Origin: Alphaproteobacteria bacterium | Lineage (GTDB): Bacteria; Pseudomonadota; Alphaproteobacteria; MPNO01 | NCBI GenBank assembly: GCA_963422565.1 | Contig: OY730228.1 | Span: 321,802 to 385,801 of the forward strand | DNA length: 64,000 nucleotides | Direction of reading: 5' to 3' | Part shown: piece after piece, positions 1-10,799 of the stretch | Numbering within the stretch: position 1 is the stretch's first letter | Layout of the letters: each line of letters starts with the position of its first letter | Position numbers and translations under genes: made by a program | The notes under the pieces: model-generated | What the model saw: only the letters and a program-made list of their open reading frames with translations | Told to the model about the DNA's origin: nothing | The model's database searches: none

Positions 1-316
1 CGATATGGCGCCGCTGGCCGCGCCGCGCCAACGCTCGACACGCTGGCAGATCGCGATGGCTCACGGCCATTACCGGTCGGTCGACGAGGTCGGCGGTGTC
101 CATCGCCCGTCCTGGCTGATTTCGGATAGCGAGATCGGGGCGACGGCGGCAGACTATGTGGCGCTGGGCCATTGGAATCGGGCGGTCCGGGTCGGCGACG
201 GAACGATACCCGCCTATTATTCGGGCTCGCCCGACCTCGCACGCACGGTGAACCTCGTTCGGCTGGGCGCCGGCGGTGGGGTCGCCGTGGAGCGCGCGAA
301 CATCGTCTGGGATTGA
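1..316 (+). CDS. C-terminal fragment of a metallophosphoesterase-like protein (start lies upstream of the window)
   Basis: Open frame running off the 5' edge. Weak resemblance to calcineurin-like phosphoesterase C-terminus (…YVALGHWN…). Confidence 0.35.
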   Translation, partial: DMAPLAAPRQRSTRWQIAMAHGHYRSVDEVGGVHRPSWLISDSEIGATAADYVALGHWNRAVRVGDGTIPAYYSGSPDLARTVNLVRLGAGGGVAVERANIVWD

Positions 317-596
317 GCCGGCACCGCCCCGACCGACCGCCGGGCCGGCCTCGGATCGGCTTCGCCCGCTGCGGCGACGGGGGCAGGGGCATGGATGTCG
401 ACTTGTTTTCGGGTTCCGGGTGTCGTGTCCGGTCATGGCGAGAGGATTCAGGGGGGATGGACGAGGATCGGAACGTGCCGATGTGGTCTCTGCCGAACGA
501 TGGCGTCGCCGGAGCTGTCGAACCCTGTCTCCGTCTCGCCGAGGCGATCGACGACCGGAACCGCTTCATCCGGATACGCCAAACGAATTGACGCTC

Positions 597-2978
597 ATGG
601 GACAAGACGGTTTGTCGAAGGAGACGGCGGTCGGCCGTTCGCTGCCGCGGCGCGGCATCCGCCGCCTCGCCGCCGGCCGCGGGCGCTATACCGACGATAT
701 CGTTCTGCCGCGAATGCTCCACGCCGCCTTTGTGCGGAGCCCGCACGCCCATGCCGGCATCGCCGGCATCGATACCGCCGCGGCATGCGAATGCCCGGGC
801 ATCGTGCGGGTGGTCACCGGCGCCGAGCTGATCGATGTCTGTGCGCCCCTGGTCTCCGTCCATGCGGCTCGGCCCGGCCACAAATCCGCGCCGCAGAGGG
901 TTCTGGCGGTCGAAGCGGCCTATTGGCAGGGAGAGCCGGTGGCCGTGATAATCGCCGACAGCCGTGCGGCTGCCGAAGACGCCGCCGAGAGGGTCGAGGT
1001 CGCGTGGCGCCCGCGCCCGACCGTGCGCGACGCCGGCGCCGCGCTCGATCCGGCGAGTCCGGTCATTCACCCGGAGCTGGGGGACAATCTCGCCTACAGC
1101 CACGATATCCGGTCCGGCACGGCGGAGGCGGACCAGGGTGGTTCGCAGACGGTGCTCGTCCAGGACTTCACGTTCGGCCGCCACACCGCCGTGACGCTCG
1201 AAGCGCGGAGCGTGATCGCCGATTACCTGCCGGCGGACGGGACATTGACCGTCCATCAGTCCCACCAATCGCCCTATCAGATGCAGGAGGTCTATGCCCG
1301 CCTTCTCGGCATCGATGATCATCGGGTTCGCGTGATCACACCAGATGTCGGCGGAGGGTTCGGCCTCAAGATAAATGTTCATGCCGAAGACATTGCGATC
1401 GTTGCGATTTCGAAGCTGATAGGTAGGCCGATAAAATACACGGCAGACCGACTTGACTCGTTCAGCGGCGATATCCACGCCCGCGACCACAGCGCGCGGG
1501 GGCGGATCGCCGTAACGCCGCGGGGAGACATCACCGCCCTGGAAATCGACGATCTCTCGGCGATCGGACCGTTTACCGCGCATATCCGGTTCGGCATCGC
1601 CGAGGGGATGATGGCCATCGTCAACGCGGGGGCACCCTACCGGTTCGCGGCGTATCGCGGCGGAATGCGCGCCGCCTATGTCAACAAGCCGATCGTCGGC
1701 ATGTATCGCGGGGTCGGCGTGCCGATCGCCTGTGTCGTGACCGAGCAGTTGGTTGACAACGCGGCGCGGGCGGTCGGGATGGATCCCGTCGCCTTCCGCC
1801 GGCGCAATCTGCTCACGCCCGAGGAGCTGCCGCGCGTCACCCATGGCGGGGTCCGTCTCCCCAGGCTGTCGTTCCACGCCGCGCTCGACCGCCTCACCGA
1901 GATCATGGGCTATGACGGCCTGCGACGGGAGCAGGCGGCGGCCGCTTCGCGAGGGATTCTGCGCGGGATCGGCGTCGCAGCCTTCATCGAGCCGACCGCC
2001 TACGGGCCCGGCTATTACGGTCCGTCGGGGGCGGACATCTCCACCCAGGAAGGGGCGACCGTCAAGCTCGAACCGTCGGGCAAGGTGCGCTGCATCACCA
2101 GTCTCACCGATCAGGGCCAGGGAACGCTCGCCGCCGTCGCCCAGATCGTCGCCGACGAGCTCGGCCTCTCCGTCGCCGATATCGAGATCGTCTCCGGCGA
2201 CAGCGCCGTCACCCCCTATGGGGGAGGCGCTTGGGCGTCGCGCGGCATCGCCATGGGCGGAGAAGCGGCGCTCGCAGCGTCCTCGGCGTTGCGCGACAAC
2301 ATCCTGAAGATCGCCGCGCCGATCCTCCAGGCGGAGCCGTCATCCCTCGGTCTGGCCGCGGGCGCGGTCGTTGGTCGCGCCGATGGAGCCCGACGAATGT
2401 CGATCGCGGAAGTCGCGCGCATCGGGCATTTCCGCCAGGACCTGCTGCCCGCCGGTGTCCAGCCCGAACTGGCGGCGACGCGCCATCACGTGCCGAACGA
2501 ATCGCTCTACTATGTCGCCCACGGCGCCCAGGGCTGCCATGTCGAGATCGATCCGGAGACCGGCTGGATCAGCCTGCTGGGACATTGGGTCGTCGACGAG
2601 TGCGGCCGGATCGTCAACCCGCAGCTGGTCGACGAGCAGCTCCGCGGCGGGGTCGTCCAGGGCCTGGGCGCGGCGTTCCTCGAGGAATGCGTCTACGATG
2701 GCGAGTGTCAGTTCCTGAACGGGACTCTCGCCGACTATCTCGTGCCGATGGCCGCCGAAATGCCCGAGATCGCGACCGGCCATATCGAGGGCCGGGAAGA
2801 GAGCACCGCGCTTGGCGCCAAGGGGGTCGGGGAGGCCGGGACGATCGGCGCCGTCGCGGCGGCCTGGCTTGCAGTCAACGACGGGCTGGCGCCGCTGGGC
2901 GCGGCGGCGGAGGTGCAGCCCTTCACGCCCGAGCGTATCCTCGCCGCGATTCACGCCTCGAGGGACCAGGGATCGTGA
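597..2978 (+). CDS. xanthine dehydrogenase / aerobic CO dehydrogenase (CoxL) family molybdopterin-binding large subunit
   Basis: ATG at 597. N-terminus GRSLPRRGIRRLAAGRGRYTDDIVLPRMLHAAFVRSPHAHAGI is typical of CoxL/XdhB-family Mo subunits. About 793 aa. The ORF-track extension 276-596 is rejected. Confidence 0.85.
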   Translation: MGQDGLSKETAVGRSLPRRGIRRLAAGRGRYTDDIVLPRMLHAAFVRSPHAHAGIAGIDTAAACECPGIVRVVTGAELIDVCAPLVSVHAARPGHKSAPQRVLAVEAAYWQGEPVAVIIADSRAAAEDAAERVEVAWRPRPTVRDAGAALDPASPVIHPELGDNLAYSHDIRSGTAEADQGGSQTVLVQDFTFGRHTAVTLEARSVIADYLPADGTLTVHQSHQSPYQMQEVYARLLGIDDHRVRVITPDVGGGFGLKINVHAEDIAIVAISKLIGRPIKYTADRLDSFSGDIHARDHSARGRIAVTPRGDITALEIDDLSAIGPFTAHIRFGIAEGMMAIVNAGAPYRFAAYRGGMRAAYVNKPIVGMYRGVGVPIACVVTEQLVDNAARAVGMDPVAFRRRNLLTPEELPRVTHGGVRLPRLSFHAALDRLTEIMGYDGLRREQAAAASRGILRGIGVAAFIEPTAYGPGYYGPSGADISTQEGATVKLEPSGKVRCITSLTDQGQGTLAAVAQIVADELGLSVADIEIVSGDSAVTPYGGGAWASRGIAMGGEAALAASSALRDNILKIAAPILQAEPSSLGLAAGAVVGRADGARRMSIAEVARIGHFRQDLLPAGVQPELAATRHHVPNESLYYVAHGAQGCHVEIDPETGWISLLGHWVVDECGRIVNPQLVDEQLRGGVVQGLGAAFLEECVYDGECQFLNGTLADYLVPMAAEMPEIATGHIEGREESTALGAKGVGEAGTIGAVAAAWLAVNDGLAPLGAAAEVQPFTPERILAAIHASRDQGS

Positions 2979-3003
2979 CCACCCGCGCCGCCGGAGCCGC
3001 GCC

Positions 3004-4017
3004 ATGACGGTCCTCGTGACCGGCGCCGCCGGCTTCATCGGCTTCCATGTCTGCAAGCGGCTGCTGGCGCGCGAAGAGACGGTGATGGGCCTCGATTCGC
3101 TCAACGCATATTACGATGTCGGTCTCAAGCGGGCGCGCCTGGCAATTCTCGAAAAGCATCGAGGGTTCGAATTTCGTCGACTGGATATCTCGGACAGGGA
3201 CTCCGCTGCGCGTTCTCTCGATGGGGTATCGAAGCTGGACAGGGTCGTTCACCTCGCCGCCCAGGCGGGCGTGCGCCATTCGATCGCGCACCCGTTCGAC
3301 TATGTCGACGCCAATCTGGCCGGTCATATGGTCGTGCTGGAGCTTTGCCGGCGTCTGCCCGATTTCCGCCATCTCGTCTATGCGAGCTCGAGCTCGGTAT
3401 ATGGCGGCAACGCGAAGCTCCCGTTTTCGGTCGAGGACCGCACAGACACGCCGGTGTCGCTCTATGCGGCGACCAAGAAGGCGAACGAGCAAATGAGTCA
3501 TAGTTACAGTCATCTTTATGGGATTCCTCAGACAGGACTTCGGTTCTTCACGGTCTACGGCCCATGGGGACGACCCGACATGGCGCTCTATATGTTCGCC
3601 AGGGCGATCTTCGAAGGGAGGCTGATCGACGTCTTCAACAACGGGGAGATGAAGCGCGACTTCACCTATATCGAGGATGCGGTCTCCGCCGTGGTCGCGG
3701 CCCTGGACAGGCCGCCCGGCAGCGGGCGAGGGGCGCCGCATCGTCTCTACAATGTCGGCAACAAGCGCTCCGAGCCGCTGATGCGCTTGATCGGGGTGCT
3801 GGAGGCTTGCATCGGCAAGAAGGCGGAGATCCGTTTCCGCCCGATGCAGCAGGGCGATGTCGTGGAGACGTTCGCCGACATCGCCGCGACCTCCCGCGAT
3901 CTGGGATTTCGGCCCTCGACCCCGATCGATATCGGGATCCCCCGATTCGTCGAATGGTTTCGCGCCTATCACGGCTTCCCCGCCGGAAAGGGCGGCGCCG
4001 GCCGGACCGCGGCCTGA
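3004..4017 (+). CDS. NAD-dependent epimerase/dehydratase (UDP-glucuronate / UDP-sugar 4-epimerase-like)
   Basis: MTVLVTGAAGFIGFHV Rossmann start and YAATK catalytic motif. ATG at 3004, 26 nt after the upstream stop. 337 aa. Confidence 0.85.
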   Translation: MTVLVTGAAGFIGFHVCKRLLAREETVMGLDSLNAYYDVGLKRARLAILEKHRGFEFRRLDISDRDSAARSLDGVSKLDRVVHLAAQAGVRHSIAHPFDYVDANLAGHMVVLELCRRLPDFRHLVYASSSSVYGGNAKLPFSVEDRTDTPVSLYAATKKANEQMSHSYSHLYGIPQTGLRFFTVYGPWGRPDMALYMFARAIFEGRLIDVFNNGEMKRDFTYIEDAVSAVVAALDRPPGSGRGAPHRLYNVGNKRSEPLMRLIGVLEACIGKKAEIRFRPMQQGDVVETFADIAATSRDLGFRPSTPIDIGIPRFVEWFRAYHGFPAGKGGAGRTAA

Positions 4018-4117
4018 CCCGGCGGGCTGTACGCCGGGCAGGCGCGCATCTAGGATCTGCGCCGTCGGAACCGGCCGCGATCGGTGCGGTCGGGGTGTAT
4101 GTGAGCGGAGGCTGCCG

Positions 4118-5176
4118 ATGAGCCGAGCCCTCGACGTCAAGCCCGAGATGACCAACGCGCGCGCGGACTATTACGGCCGCATCGATGCGTACAACATGGC
4201 TCCGCTCTGGGAGGTGCTGCACAAGCTGCTTGCCAGGGAACCGGTGACCGAGGCGACGCCCTATCTCTGGAATTACGATGCGCTGCGGCCCTCGCTCATG
4301 GAGGCGGCGGGCGTCATCTCGACCGAGGAGGCGGAACGGCGGGTGTTGATCCTCGAGAACCCGTCGATGCGGGGCCGCGCCTGCATCACCGAGGCGCTCT
4401 ATGCCGGGTTGCAGCTCATCATGCCCGGAGAGGTCGCACCCACCCATCGCCACAGCCCGGCGGCCCTGCGGTTCATCGTCGAGGGGTCGCGCGCCTTCAC
4501 CGCCATCGACGGCGAGAAAGCGTATATGGAGCCCGGCGACCTGATCCTCACCCCGTCCTGGGTCTGGCACGATCATGGCCATGAAGGGACCGAGCCGGTG
4601 GTATGGCTCGACGGGCTGGACATTCCGATGGTGCGCTTCATGGGACCGGTCTTCGCCGAGCCGCACCCCGACGAATACCATGCCGCGGGCCATCCGCCCG
4701 GCGACAACCGGTCCCGCTACGGCGCCAACATGCTGCCGTTCGGAGCGGTGCTGAGGGACGAGAAGAACTCGCCCGTCTTCCATTACCCGTTCGTCGAAAC
4801 GCGCGATGCGTTGAAGACCGTCGCCGAGTCCCGCGACATCGACCCCTATCACGGGATCAAGATGGAGTATGTCAATCCGGCGAACGGAGGCCCGGCGATG
4901 CCCACGCTGGGAACCTATATGCAGTACTTGCCGGAAGGATTCGTCGCCGAGAGCTATCGTTCGACCGCAGCCTGGGTCTATTCGGTGGTCGAAGGCAGCG
5001 GGTGGACGACCATCGGCGATGAGAGATTCGAATGGGGACCGCGCGATACCTTCGTGGTGCCGGCCTGGTACCGCCACCGCCACGAGACGGACGAGGGCGC
5101 GTTCCTGTTCAGCTTTTCCGACAAGCCGGTCCACGACAAGCTGGGCTGGTTCCGGGAGGTCCGCGGAAACACCTGA
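4118..5176 (+). CDS. gentisate 1,2-dioxygenase-like bicupin
   Basis: ATG at 4118. HRH metal motif (VAPTHRHSPAALRF) and WVWHDHGHEG. 352 aa, two cupin halves. Confidence 0.8.
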   Translation: MSRALDVKPEMTNARADYYGRIDAYNMAPLWEVLHKLLAREPVTEATPYLWNYDALRPSLMEAAGVISTEEAERRVLILENPSMRGRACITEALYAGLQLIMPGEVAPTHRHSPAALRFIVEGSRAFTAIDGEKAYMEPGDLILTPSWVWHDHGHEGTEPVVWLDGLDIPMVRFMGPVFAEPHPDEYHAAGHPPGDNRSRYGANMLPFGAVLRDEKNSPVFHYPFVETRDALKTVAESRDIDPYHGIKMEYVNPANGGPAMPTLGTYMQYLPEGFVAESYRSTAAWVYSVVEGSGWTTIGDERFEWGPRDTFVVPAWYRHRHETDEGAFLFSFSDKPVHDKLGWFREVRGNT

Positions 5177-5220
5177 ACGGACCGTCTCGGAGGCGTCACC
5201 GGGTCGAGGGGGGTGGATCG

Positions 5221-5736
5221 TTGAGACTCGAGGGTTCCTGCCATTGCGGCGCGGTGACGTTTCGCGTCGAGTCGCGCACGCCCTATCCCTACAACCACTG
5301 CTACTGCTCCAAATGCCGCAAGACCGGGGGCGGCGGTTACGGCATCAACATCATGGCCGAGTATCGGACATTGGTCATGACGGGGCAGGAGAACATCTCC
5401 GTCTACCGGTCTCGAAACAATCATCGCGGCCTCTACGAGGCGGATGGACTCGGCTATTCGCGGCGGAGCTTCTGCAAGATCTGCGGCTCGCCCCTCTGGA
5501 TCTACAATCCGCGCTATGCGGATGCGGTCTATCCCTGCGCCGCCGCCATCGACACGGATCTGCCTTCCGCACCGGCGCGGAACCACAACATGCTGGGCTA
5601 CAAGGCGGCATGGGTCCCCGTCGCCGAGGGTCCCGACGACAAGCGCCACGAGTTCTATCCCGACGAGGGGATCGAGCAGTGGCACCGCCGCCTCGGGCTC
5701 TACGAGGAAGACCGCGCGCCCGACAGCGGAGAGTGA
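5221..5736 (+). CDS. GFA (glutathione-dependent formaldehyde-activating / CENP-V) family Zn-binding protein
   Basis: CHCGAV…CYCSKCRK…CKICGS cysteine pattern. Probable TTG start at 5221, the first start after the upstream stop. Confidence 0.65.
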   Translation: MRLEGSCHCGAVTFRVESRTPYPYNHCYCSKCRKTGGGGYGINIMAEYRTLVMTGQENISVYRSRNNHRGLYEADGLGYSRRSFCKICGSPLWIYNPRYADAVYPCAAAIDTDLPSAPARNHNMLGYKAAWVPVAEGPDDKRHEFYPDEGIEQWHRRLGLYEEDRAPDSGE

Positions 5737-5754
5737 AGGAAACGGGCCGGCGGG

Positions 5755-6750
5755 TCAGCCCGCGAGACGCTCGCGAAGAAGGCGGCGCGCCAAGACGACC
5801 CCCGCGTCGGAATCGAGAGATGCGAGCGCTTGGTCGGGGCGCTCCGCCATGCGCCGCTGCTGCGCGTTCAGGAACGCCAAATCCTCTTCGAAGGTCTTGG
5901 TGACCGCCGCGGTCAGGAAATCGTCGAGCGCGCCGTCGTCGCAGGAGAAATTTCGCGCGAAGGCCCAGTAGTGGAGAACCGAGCTCTCGGTCTCCGGCGC
6001 GAGCAGGTTGACTACCCGCGTGTCGATGCCGCGGCGCGGGTCGCTGGAACCCGCCGGAACCGCGCCGGCATCGATCACGACCGCCGCCGGCGGCGCGTAC
6101 TCGATGCGCTGCCAGCGATCGACCCGGCCGGTGAAGCCGCCGAGCCTGACATAGAACGGGGAGGGCGCGGTATCGTTCATCTCCCGCACCACCCGGACCA
6201 CGCCGTCGACCCTTTCCGAGGTCACCGGGGTCTTGGCGACATCGTCGGTGCCTATGGTGCTTCGGTGGACGAAGGTCGTATGGGACAGGTCGAGCAGGTT
6301 GTCGATCAGGAGGCGGTAATCGCAGCCGTAGCGGATCGCTCCGTGCGGAGCCCGCCAAGCCGGGTCGTCGAGCCAGGGAAGCGCGGGAACGGCGTCGGGA
6401 GTGGCGGCATCGGGGTCGCCCGGCCATATCCATACCAGCCCCCAGCGCTCGATCGTCGGGTAGGCGGTCGCATCGAGCCCGCGCGGCGGCACGGCCTGGC
6501 CTGGCACCTTCATGCAACGGCCGTCGACCGCAAACTCCAGGCCGTGATAGCCGCAGCACAGACGCTCGCCCACGACCCGGCCGAGCGACAGCGGCACCAT
6601 CCGGTGCGGGCAGCAATCGTCGAGCGCCGCCGCCTTGCCCGCCGCCGTCCGGAACAGGGCGACCGGCTTGTCGAGAATATGGCGGGTGACCGGACGATCC
6701 GAAATCTCGTCGGCCCATCCGGCAGCATACCAAGCGTTCTCCACGAACAT
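5755..6750 (-). CDS. Rieske [2Fe-2S] aromatic ring-hydroxylating oxygenase, VanA/phthalate-family alpha subunit
   Basis: Rieske motif CCPHRMVPLSLG…CCGYHG followed by a mononuclear-iron catalytic domain. 331 aa. Confidence 0.8.
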   Translation of the reverse strand: MFVENAWYAAGWADEISDRPVTRHILDKPVALFRTAAGKAAALDDCCPHRMVPLSLGRVVGERLCCGYHGLEFAVDGRCMKVPGQAVPPRGLDATAYPTIERWGLVWIWPGDPDAATPDAVPALPWLDDPAWRAPHGAIRYGCDYRLLIDNLLDLSHTTFVHRSTIGTDDVAKTPVTSERVDGVVRVVREMNDTAPSPFYVRLGGFTGRVDRWQRIEYAPPAAVVIDAGAVPAGSSDPRRGIDTRVVNLLAPETESSVLHYWAFARNFSCDDGALDDFLTAAVTKTFEEDLAFLNAQQRRMAERPDQALASLDSDAGVVLARRLLRERLAG

Positions 6751-6800
6751 ACGGCCACCTCTCTCCAGCGCTATGGTATGACCACGACAGCGCCATCGGT

Positions 6801-7853
6801 CTAGGAAACGTCGATCACCGTGACCCAGACCCTACGCTCTCTGCCTCCGTTGATCACCGTCAGCGCGACCCGATTGCCGATTCCCGCCTCGTTCAACGCG
6901 GCGGCGAACGCGGAGATCGAGCGCACCGGCACCCCGTCGACCTCGGTGATTATATCGCCTAGCTTCCGCCGCTCCAGATCCGCGGGCCGCAGCCCCGCGA
7001 TGTCGGCCGACGATCCCGGCAGAACGCGGCTCACGACAAGGCCGCTGACACCGAGTCGGGCGATGGTCTCGTCGCTCATCACCGCGACCCCGATGCCCGG
7101 CCGAGGAACTCTGCCGTCCCGGACGAGCCGCGGGACGATCTGGTTGACAATATCGACGGGTACCGCGAACCCGATCCCCGTCGCGGTGCCGCTGTCGGAC
7201 AGGATCGCCGTGTTGACCCCGATCAGCCGCCCTGCGGAGTCGAGAAGTGGACCGCCGGAGTTCCCCGGGTTGATCGCGGCGTCGGTCTGGATGACGCCGC
7301 GCATCTCGCGGCTGTTGGCGGTCGGGAGGCGTCGGTTGAGGGCGCTGACGATCCCCGTGGTGAGCGTCCGGGACAGCCCGTAAGGGTTGCCGATCGCGAA
7401 CACGGACTGCCCCACCTTGAGATCGACCGAAGTGCCGAGCGGGATCGGCCGCAGATGGGTCCGGGTTTCGCCGAGTCGGACGACCGCAAGGTCGTAGTCC
7501 GGGGCCGTGCCCACCACGGTGGCGCGGAGGGTTTCGCCGTCGTCGAGACGCACCGCGACGCTCTCCGCGCCCTGGACGACGTGAAAGTTGGTCACCACGT
7601 GACCCACCGCGTCCCAGACGAAACCCGATCCCGCCCCGCCGGACGGCACGCTGTAGATATAGACCACCGATGGCGCGGCGCTCTGGAACAGGGTGACCGT
7701 CGAACGCTCGATGGCGGCGAGGTCGCCGCGCGGCGTCACCGCGCGCGGCGCTTCGCCGGTCAGAAACAGGTCGCGGACGAACCGGTCCCCGATATAGATC
7801 GTCGCGAGGATGAGGATCCAAACGACCGCGTATCGGCCCCAGCGTCGGTTCAT
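6801..7853 (-). CDS. HtrA/DegS-family trypsin-like serine protease with one PDZ domain (membrane-anchored)
   Basis: ATG (cat) at 7851-7853. N-terminal TM segment [14 protein letters not shown], then GNSGGPL serine-protease motif and a C-terminal PDZ. Upstream part of ORF 6801..8048 rejected. Confidence 0.8.
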   Translation of the reverse strand: MNRRWGRYAVVWILILATIYIGDRFVRDLFLTGEAPRAVTPRGDLAAIERSTVTLFQSAAPSVVYIYSVPSGGAGSGFVWDAVGHVVTNFHVVQGAESVAVRLDDGETLRATVVGTAPDYDLAVVRLGETRTHLRPIPLGTSVDLKVGQSVFAIGNPYGLSRTLTTGIVSALNRRLPTANSREMRGVIQTDAAINPGNSGGPLLDSAGRLIGVNTAILSDSGTATGIGFAVPVDIVNQIVPRLVRDGRVPRPGIGVAVMSDETIARLGVSGLVVSRVLPGSSADIAGLRPADLERRKLGDIITEVDGVPVRSISAFAAALNEAGIGNRVALTVINGGRERRVWVTVIDVS

Positions 7854-8031
7854 GATCGGGGACTCGTGGCAAGTCTCCGTCCGGGGCCGCGTTGGGCGGC
7901 CGGCGCGCGCCGCCATCATACACCGGTCGGTTCGGCGGTACGATCCGGGCGGCGGCGACGCCGTGCCTTGTCGGAGCGTTCCGGCCTTTCTACACTTCGT
8001 GGTCGTTTCCCTGAGAGCCTGGGCCGCAGCG

Positions 8032-9240
8032 ATGCCGGAGACCGTCAAGAAGGTCGTTCTCGCCTATTCGGGCGGGCTGGACACGTCGGTGATCCTCAGA
8101 TGGCTTTACGAGACCTATGGCTGCGAGGTGGTGACCTTCACCGCGGATCTCGGGCAGGGGGAGGAGCTCGAGCCGGCACGGGAGAAGGCCGCCGGCGCGG
8201 GGGTGCGGGAAATCCATATCGAGGATCTGCGCGAGGAGTTCGTGCGTGATTTCGTGTTCCCCATGTTCCGCGCCAACGCGATCTATGAAGGGAACTATCT
8301 GCTCGGGACCGCGATCGCGCGCCCCCTGATCGCCAAGCGGCAGATCGAGATCGCGGAACTCTGCGGGGCCGACGCAGTGAGTCACGGCGCGACCGGCAAA
8401 GGGAACGATCAGGTCCGATTCGAGCTCGCCTATTACGCGCTCAATCCCGACATCAAGGTCGTCGCGCCCTGGCGCGAGTGGACGCTCGATTCGAGGACCA
8501 GCCTGCTCGACTACGCCGAGAAGCATCAGATACCGATCGCCGGCGGTCGGCAGGGCGACCCCCCCTATTCGGTAGACGCGAACCTGCTCCACACCTCCTT
8601 CGAAGGGCGCGCTCTCGAGGATCCCTGGGTCGAGCCCGATGAAGCGATGTTTCTGCGCAGCGTCGCGCCGGAGACGGCGCCCGACCGTCCGCAGGTCGTC
8701 GAGATCGCTTTCGAACGGGGCGATCCGGTGGCGGTCGACGGCGAAGCGCTGGGCCCGGCCGCCTTGCTCGAACGGCTCAACCGGCTCGGCGGCGCGCACG
8801 GGATCGGCCGGTTGGACCTTGTGGAGAACAGATATGTGGGCATGAAGTCCCGCGGCGTCTACGAGACGCCCGGCGGGACGATCCTGCACCGCGCGCACCG
8901 TGCGATGGAGAGCCTGACGCTCGACCGGGAGGCAGCCCACCTCAAGGACGAGCTGATGCCCCGCTACGCGTCCCTGATCTATAACGGCTACTGGTTCTCG
9001 CCAGAGCGCCTCATGCTGCAGGCGCTGATCGACGAGAGTCAGCGCCATGTCGCCGGCACGGTACGCCTCAAGCTCTACAAGGGAAGCGTCCGCGCCGTCG
9101 GGCGGCGCTCGCCGAAGAGCCTCTATTCCGAAGCGCATGTGACGTTCGAAGCAGATCGGGTCTACGATCAGAGCGATGCCGAAGGCTTCATCCGCCTCAA
9201 CTCCCTCCGCCTGAAGCTGCTCCGGCGGCGGGGCGACTGA
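8032..9240 (+). CDS. argG: argininosuccinate synthase
   Basis: ATG at 8032. [15 protein letters not shown]-loop and full-length ArgG homology. 402 aa. Confidence 0.95.
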   Translation: MPETVKKVVLAYSGGLDTSVILRWLYETYGCEVVTFTADLGQGEELEPAREKAAGAGVREIHIEDLREEFVRDFVFPMFRANAIYEGNYLLGTAIARPLIAKRQIEIAELCGADAVSHGATGKGNDQVRFELAYYALNPDIKVVAPWREWTLDSRTSLLDYAEKHQIPIAGGRQGDPPYSVDANLLHTSFEGRALEDPWVEPDEAMFLRSVAPETAPDRPQVVEIAFERGDPVAVDGEALGPAALLERLNRLGGAHGIGRLDLVENRYVGMKSRGVYETPGGTILHRAHRAMESLTLDREAAHLKDELMPRYASLIYNGYWFSPERLMLQALIDESQRHVAGTVRLKLYKGSVRAVGRRSPKSLYSEAHVTFEADRVYDQSDAEGFIRLNSLRLKLLRRRGD

Positions 9241-9255
9241 TCGGCGGCGGGCGGG

Positions 9256-10146
9256 TCAGATCTCCGGCGTCCCGAGCCCCCGGCGGCGGCATGCGGCGAT
9301 GGTCGTGTTGCGCAGCAGGCAGGCGATGGTCATCGGACCCACGCCCCCGGGCACCGGGGTAACGGCCCCGGCCACCCCGAGCGCGGCCTCGAAATCCACG
9401 TCTCCGATCAGGCGGCTCTTCCCGTCCGCGTCCGGGACCCTGTTGATGCCCACGTCGATGACAACGGCGCCCGGCTTGATCCAGCCGCCTTCCACCATTC
9501 TCGGCCTGCCGGCGGCGGCGATCACGATGTCGGCGGCGCGGCATTTCCCGGGCAGATCGCGAGTTCTCGAGTGGGCGAGGGTAACCGTGCAGTTCGCCCG
9601 GAGCAGGAGCTGGGCGATCGGCTTGCCGACGATATTGGAACGGCCGATCACGAGTGCGTCGAGCCCCTCAAGGTCGGGCCGCACGCTTCGTAGGAGACTC
9701 ATGCAGCCCTGCGGGGTGCAGGGGACCAGACTCTCGCGCCCGGAGGCCAGCCGCCCGGCGTTCATCGGGTGAAACCCGTCGACGTCCTTGTCCGGGTCGA
9801 CCGCGGCGAGGACGGGTTCGGCGGAGACCGTCGCCGGCAACGGGAGCTGGACGAGGATGCCGTCGATCTCGGGGTCCCGGTTCAACGACTCGATCCGGTC
9901 CAGCAGATCCCGGGTTCCGGTCTCCGCCGGAAGGTCGTTTGCGACCGACCTTATCCCGACTTCGCGGCATGCGCGGATCTTGTTACGGATATAGACCCGG
10001 CTCGCCGCATCCTCGCCGACGAGGACGGTGGCGAGCCCGGGGGTGCAGCCGCGATCCCGTATCGCCGCCACCGCCGCCGCGATGCGGGCGCGCATGGCCC
10101 GGGAGGCAGCGGCCCCGTCGATCAGACGTGCGCCGGACGGCAGCAA
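9256..10146 (-). CDS. folD: bifunctional methylenetetrahydrofolate dehydrogenase / methenyl-THF cyclohydrolase
   Basis: …LIDG…[16 protein letters not shown]…DGFHP… FolD signature. TTG start at 10146. Confidence 0.9.
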   Translation of the reverse strand: MLPSGARLIDGAAASRAMRARIAAAVAAIRDRGCTPGLATVLVGEDAASRVYIRNKIRACREVGIRSVANDLPAETGTRDLLDRIESLNRDPEIDGILVQLPLPATVSAEPVLAAVDPDKDVDGFHPMNAGRLASGRESLVPCTPQGCMSLLRSVRPDLEGLDALVIGRSNIVGKPIAQLLLRANCTVTLAHSRTRDLPGKCRAADIVIAAAGRPRMVEGGWIKPGAVVIDVGINRVPDADGKSRLIGDVDFEAALGVAGAVTPVPGGVGPMTIACLLRNTTIAACRRRGLGTPEI

Positions 10147-10153
10147 ACCGTTC

Positions 10154-10456
10154 TCAAACCCCCAGCTCGAACGACAGGCGGCGAAGTACGTCGCGAACGA
10201 ACCAGATCCCGAGGAGCAGGACGATTGGCGAGATATCGAGACCGCCGAAATTCGGCAGGAAACGCCGGATCGGCGCCAGAAACGGTTCCGTCAGCCGGTC
10301 GAGCATGTCGGCGACCATGTAGACGATGCGGTTCGTGGTGTTGACGATATTGAACGAGATCAGCCAGCTCATGGCGACCGCGAAGATCAAGACCCAGACG
10401 AACAGGCCGAGCAGGATGTCGATCAGTCCGAACAGGGGGCCGAGAATCACATGCAT
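10154..10456 (-). CDS. yggT: YggT family inner-membrane protein
   Basis: Small hydrophobic protein [22 protein letters not shown]…, conserved next to folD in alphaproteobacteria. Start taken at the internal M. Confidence 0.7.
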   Translation of the reverse strand: MHVILGPLFGLIDILLGLFVWVLIFAVAMSWLISFNIVNTTNRIVYMVADMLDRLTEPFLAPIRRFLPNFGGLDISPIVLLLGIWFVRDVLRRLSFELGV

Positions 10457-10503
10457 GGTCGCCGTCGCCCGTGCCGGCCGAAGGTCGGCCGCGAGGTTGC
10501 ATC

Positions 10504-10580
10504 TTGGCGCGCCCGGCACGATTCGAACGTGCGACCTCTGGCTTCGGAGGCCAGCGCTCTATCCCCTGAGCTACGGGCGC
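10504..10580 (-). tRNA. tRNA-Arg (anticodon CCG)
   Basis: Reverse complement reads GCGCCCGTAGCTCAGGGGATAGAGCGCTGGCCTCCGAAGCCAGAGGTCGCACGTTCGAATCGTGCCGGGCGCGCCA. Cloverleaf with anticodon loop CUCCGAA and encoded CCA. Coordinates +/-1. Confidence 0.9.
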
Positions 10581-10635
10581 GGCGCGCCGAACATACGCAA
10601 CCGTCCGGGCGGGCGCAATTTTCCGGGCGTCCGAT

Positions 10636-10799
10636 CGGCAGTTTTCGTCTTGGCGTCCCGGCGGCAGGCCTCCGCCGGTATCCCGCGCCAAGGAATCCCC
10701 ACCCAGACCCTCCGGCTCGAAGGGGGAAGGGGAGGGGTCTTCCGGCTTGCCGGTCGCGGTTCCCAAAATGAGATCTGCCTGCGTCGGATGGTGCCGCGG
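10636..10799. repeat. copy A of a RIME/MITE-like intergenic repeat with about 20-nt terminal inverted repeats
   Basis: Left arm cggcagttttcgtcttggcg, right arm cccaaaatgagatctgcc (reverse complement ggcagatctcattttggg). G-rich interior ctcgaagggggaagggg. Homologous to copies at 42492 and 40501. Confidence 0.55.

Noticed and set aside
5375-6796. 473-aa minus-strand ORF overlapping the GFA and Rieske oxygenase genes
   Set aside because: Alternate-frame or antisense artefact. The real genes in this span are well supported.
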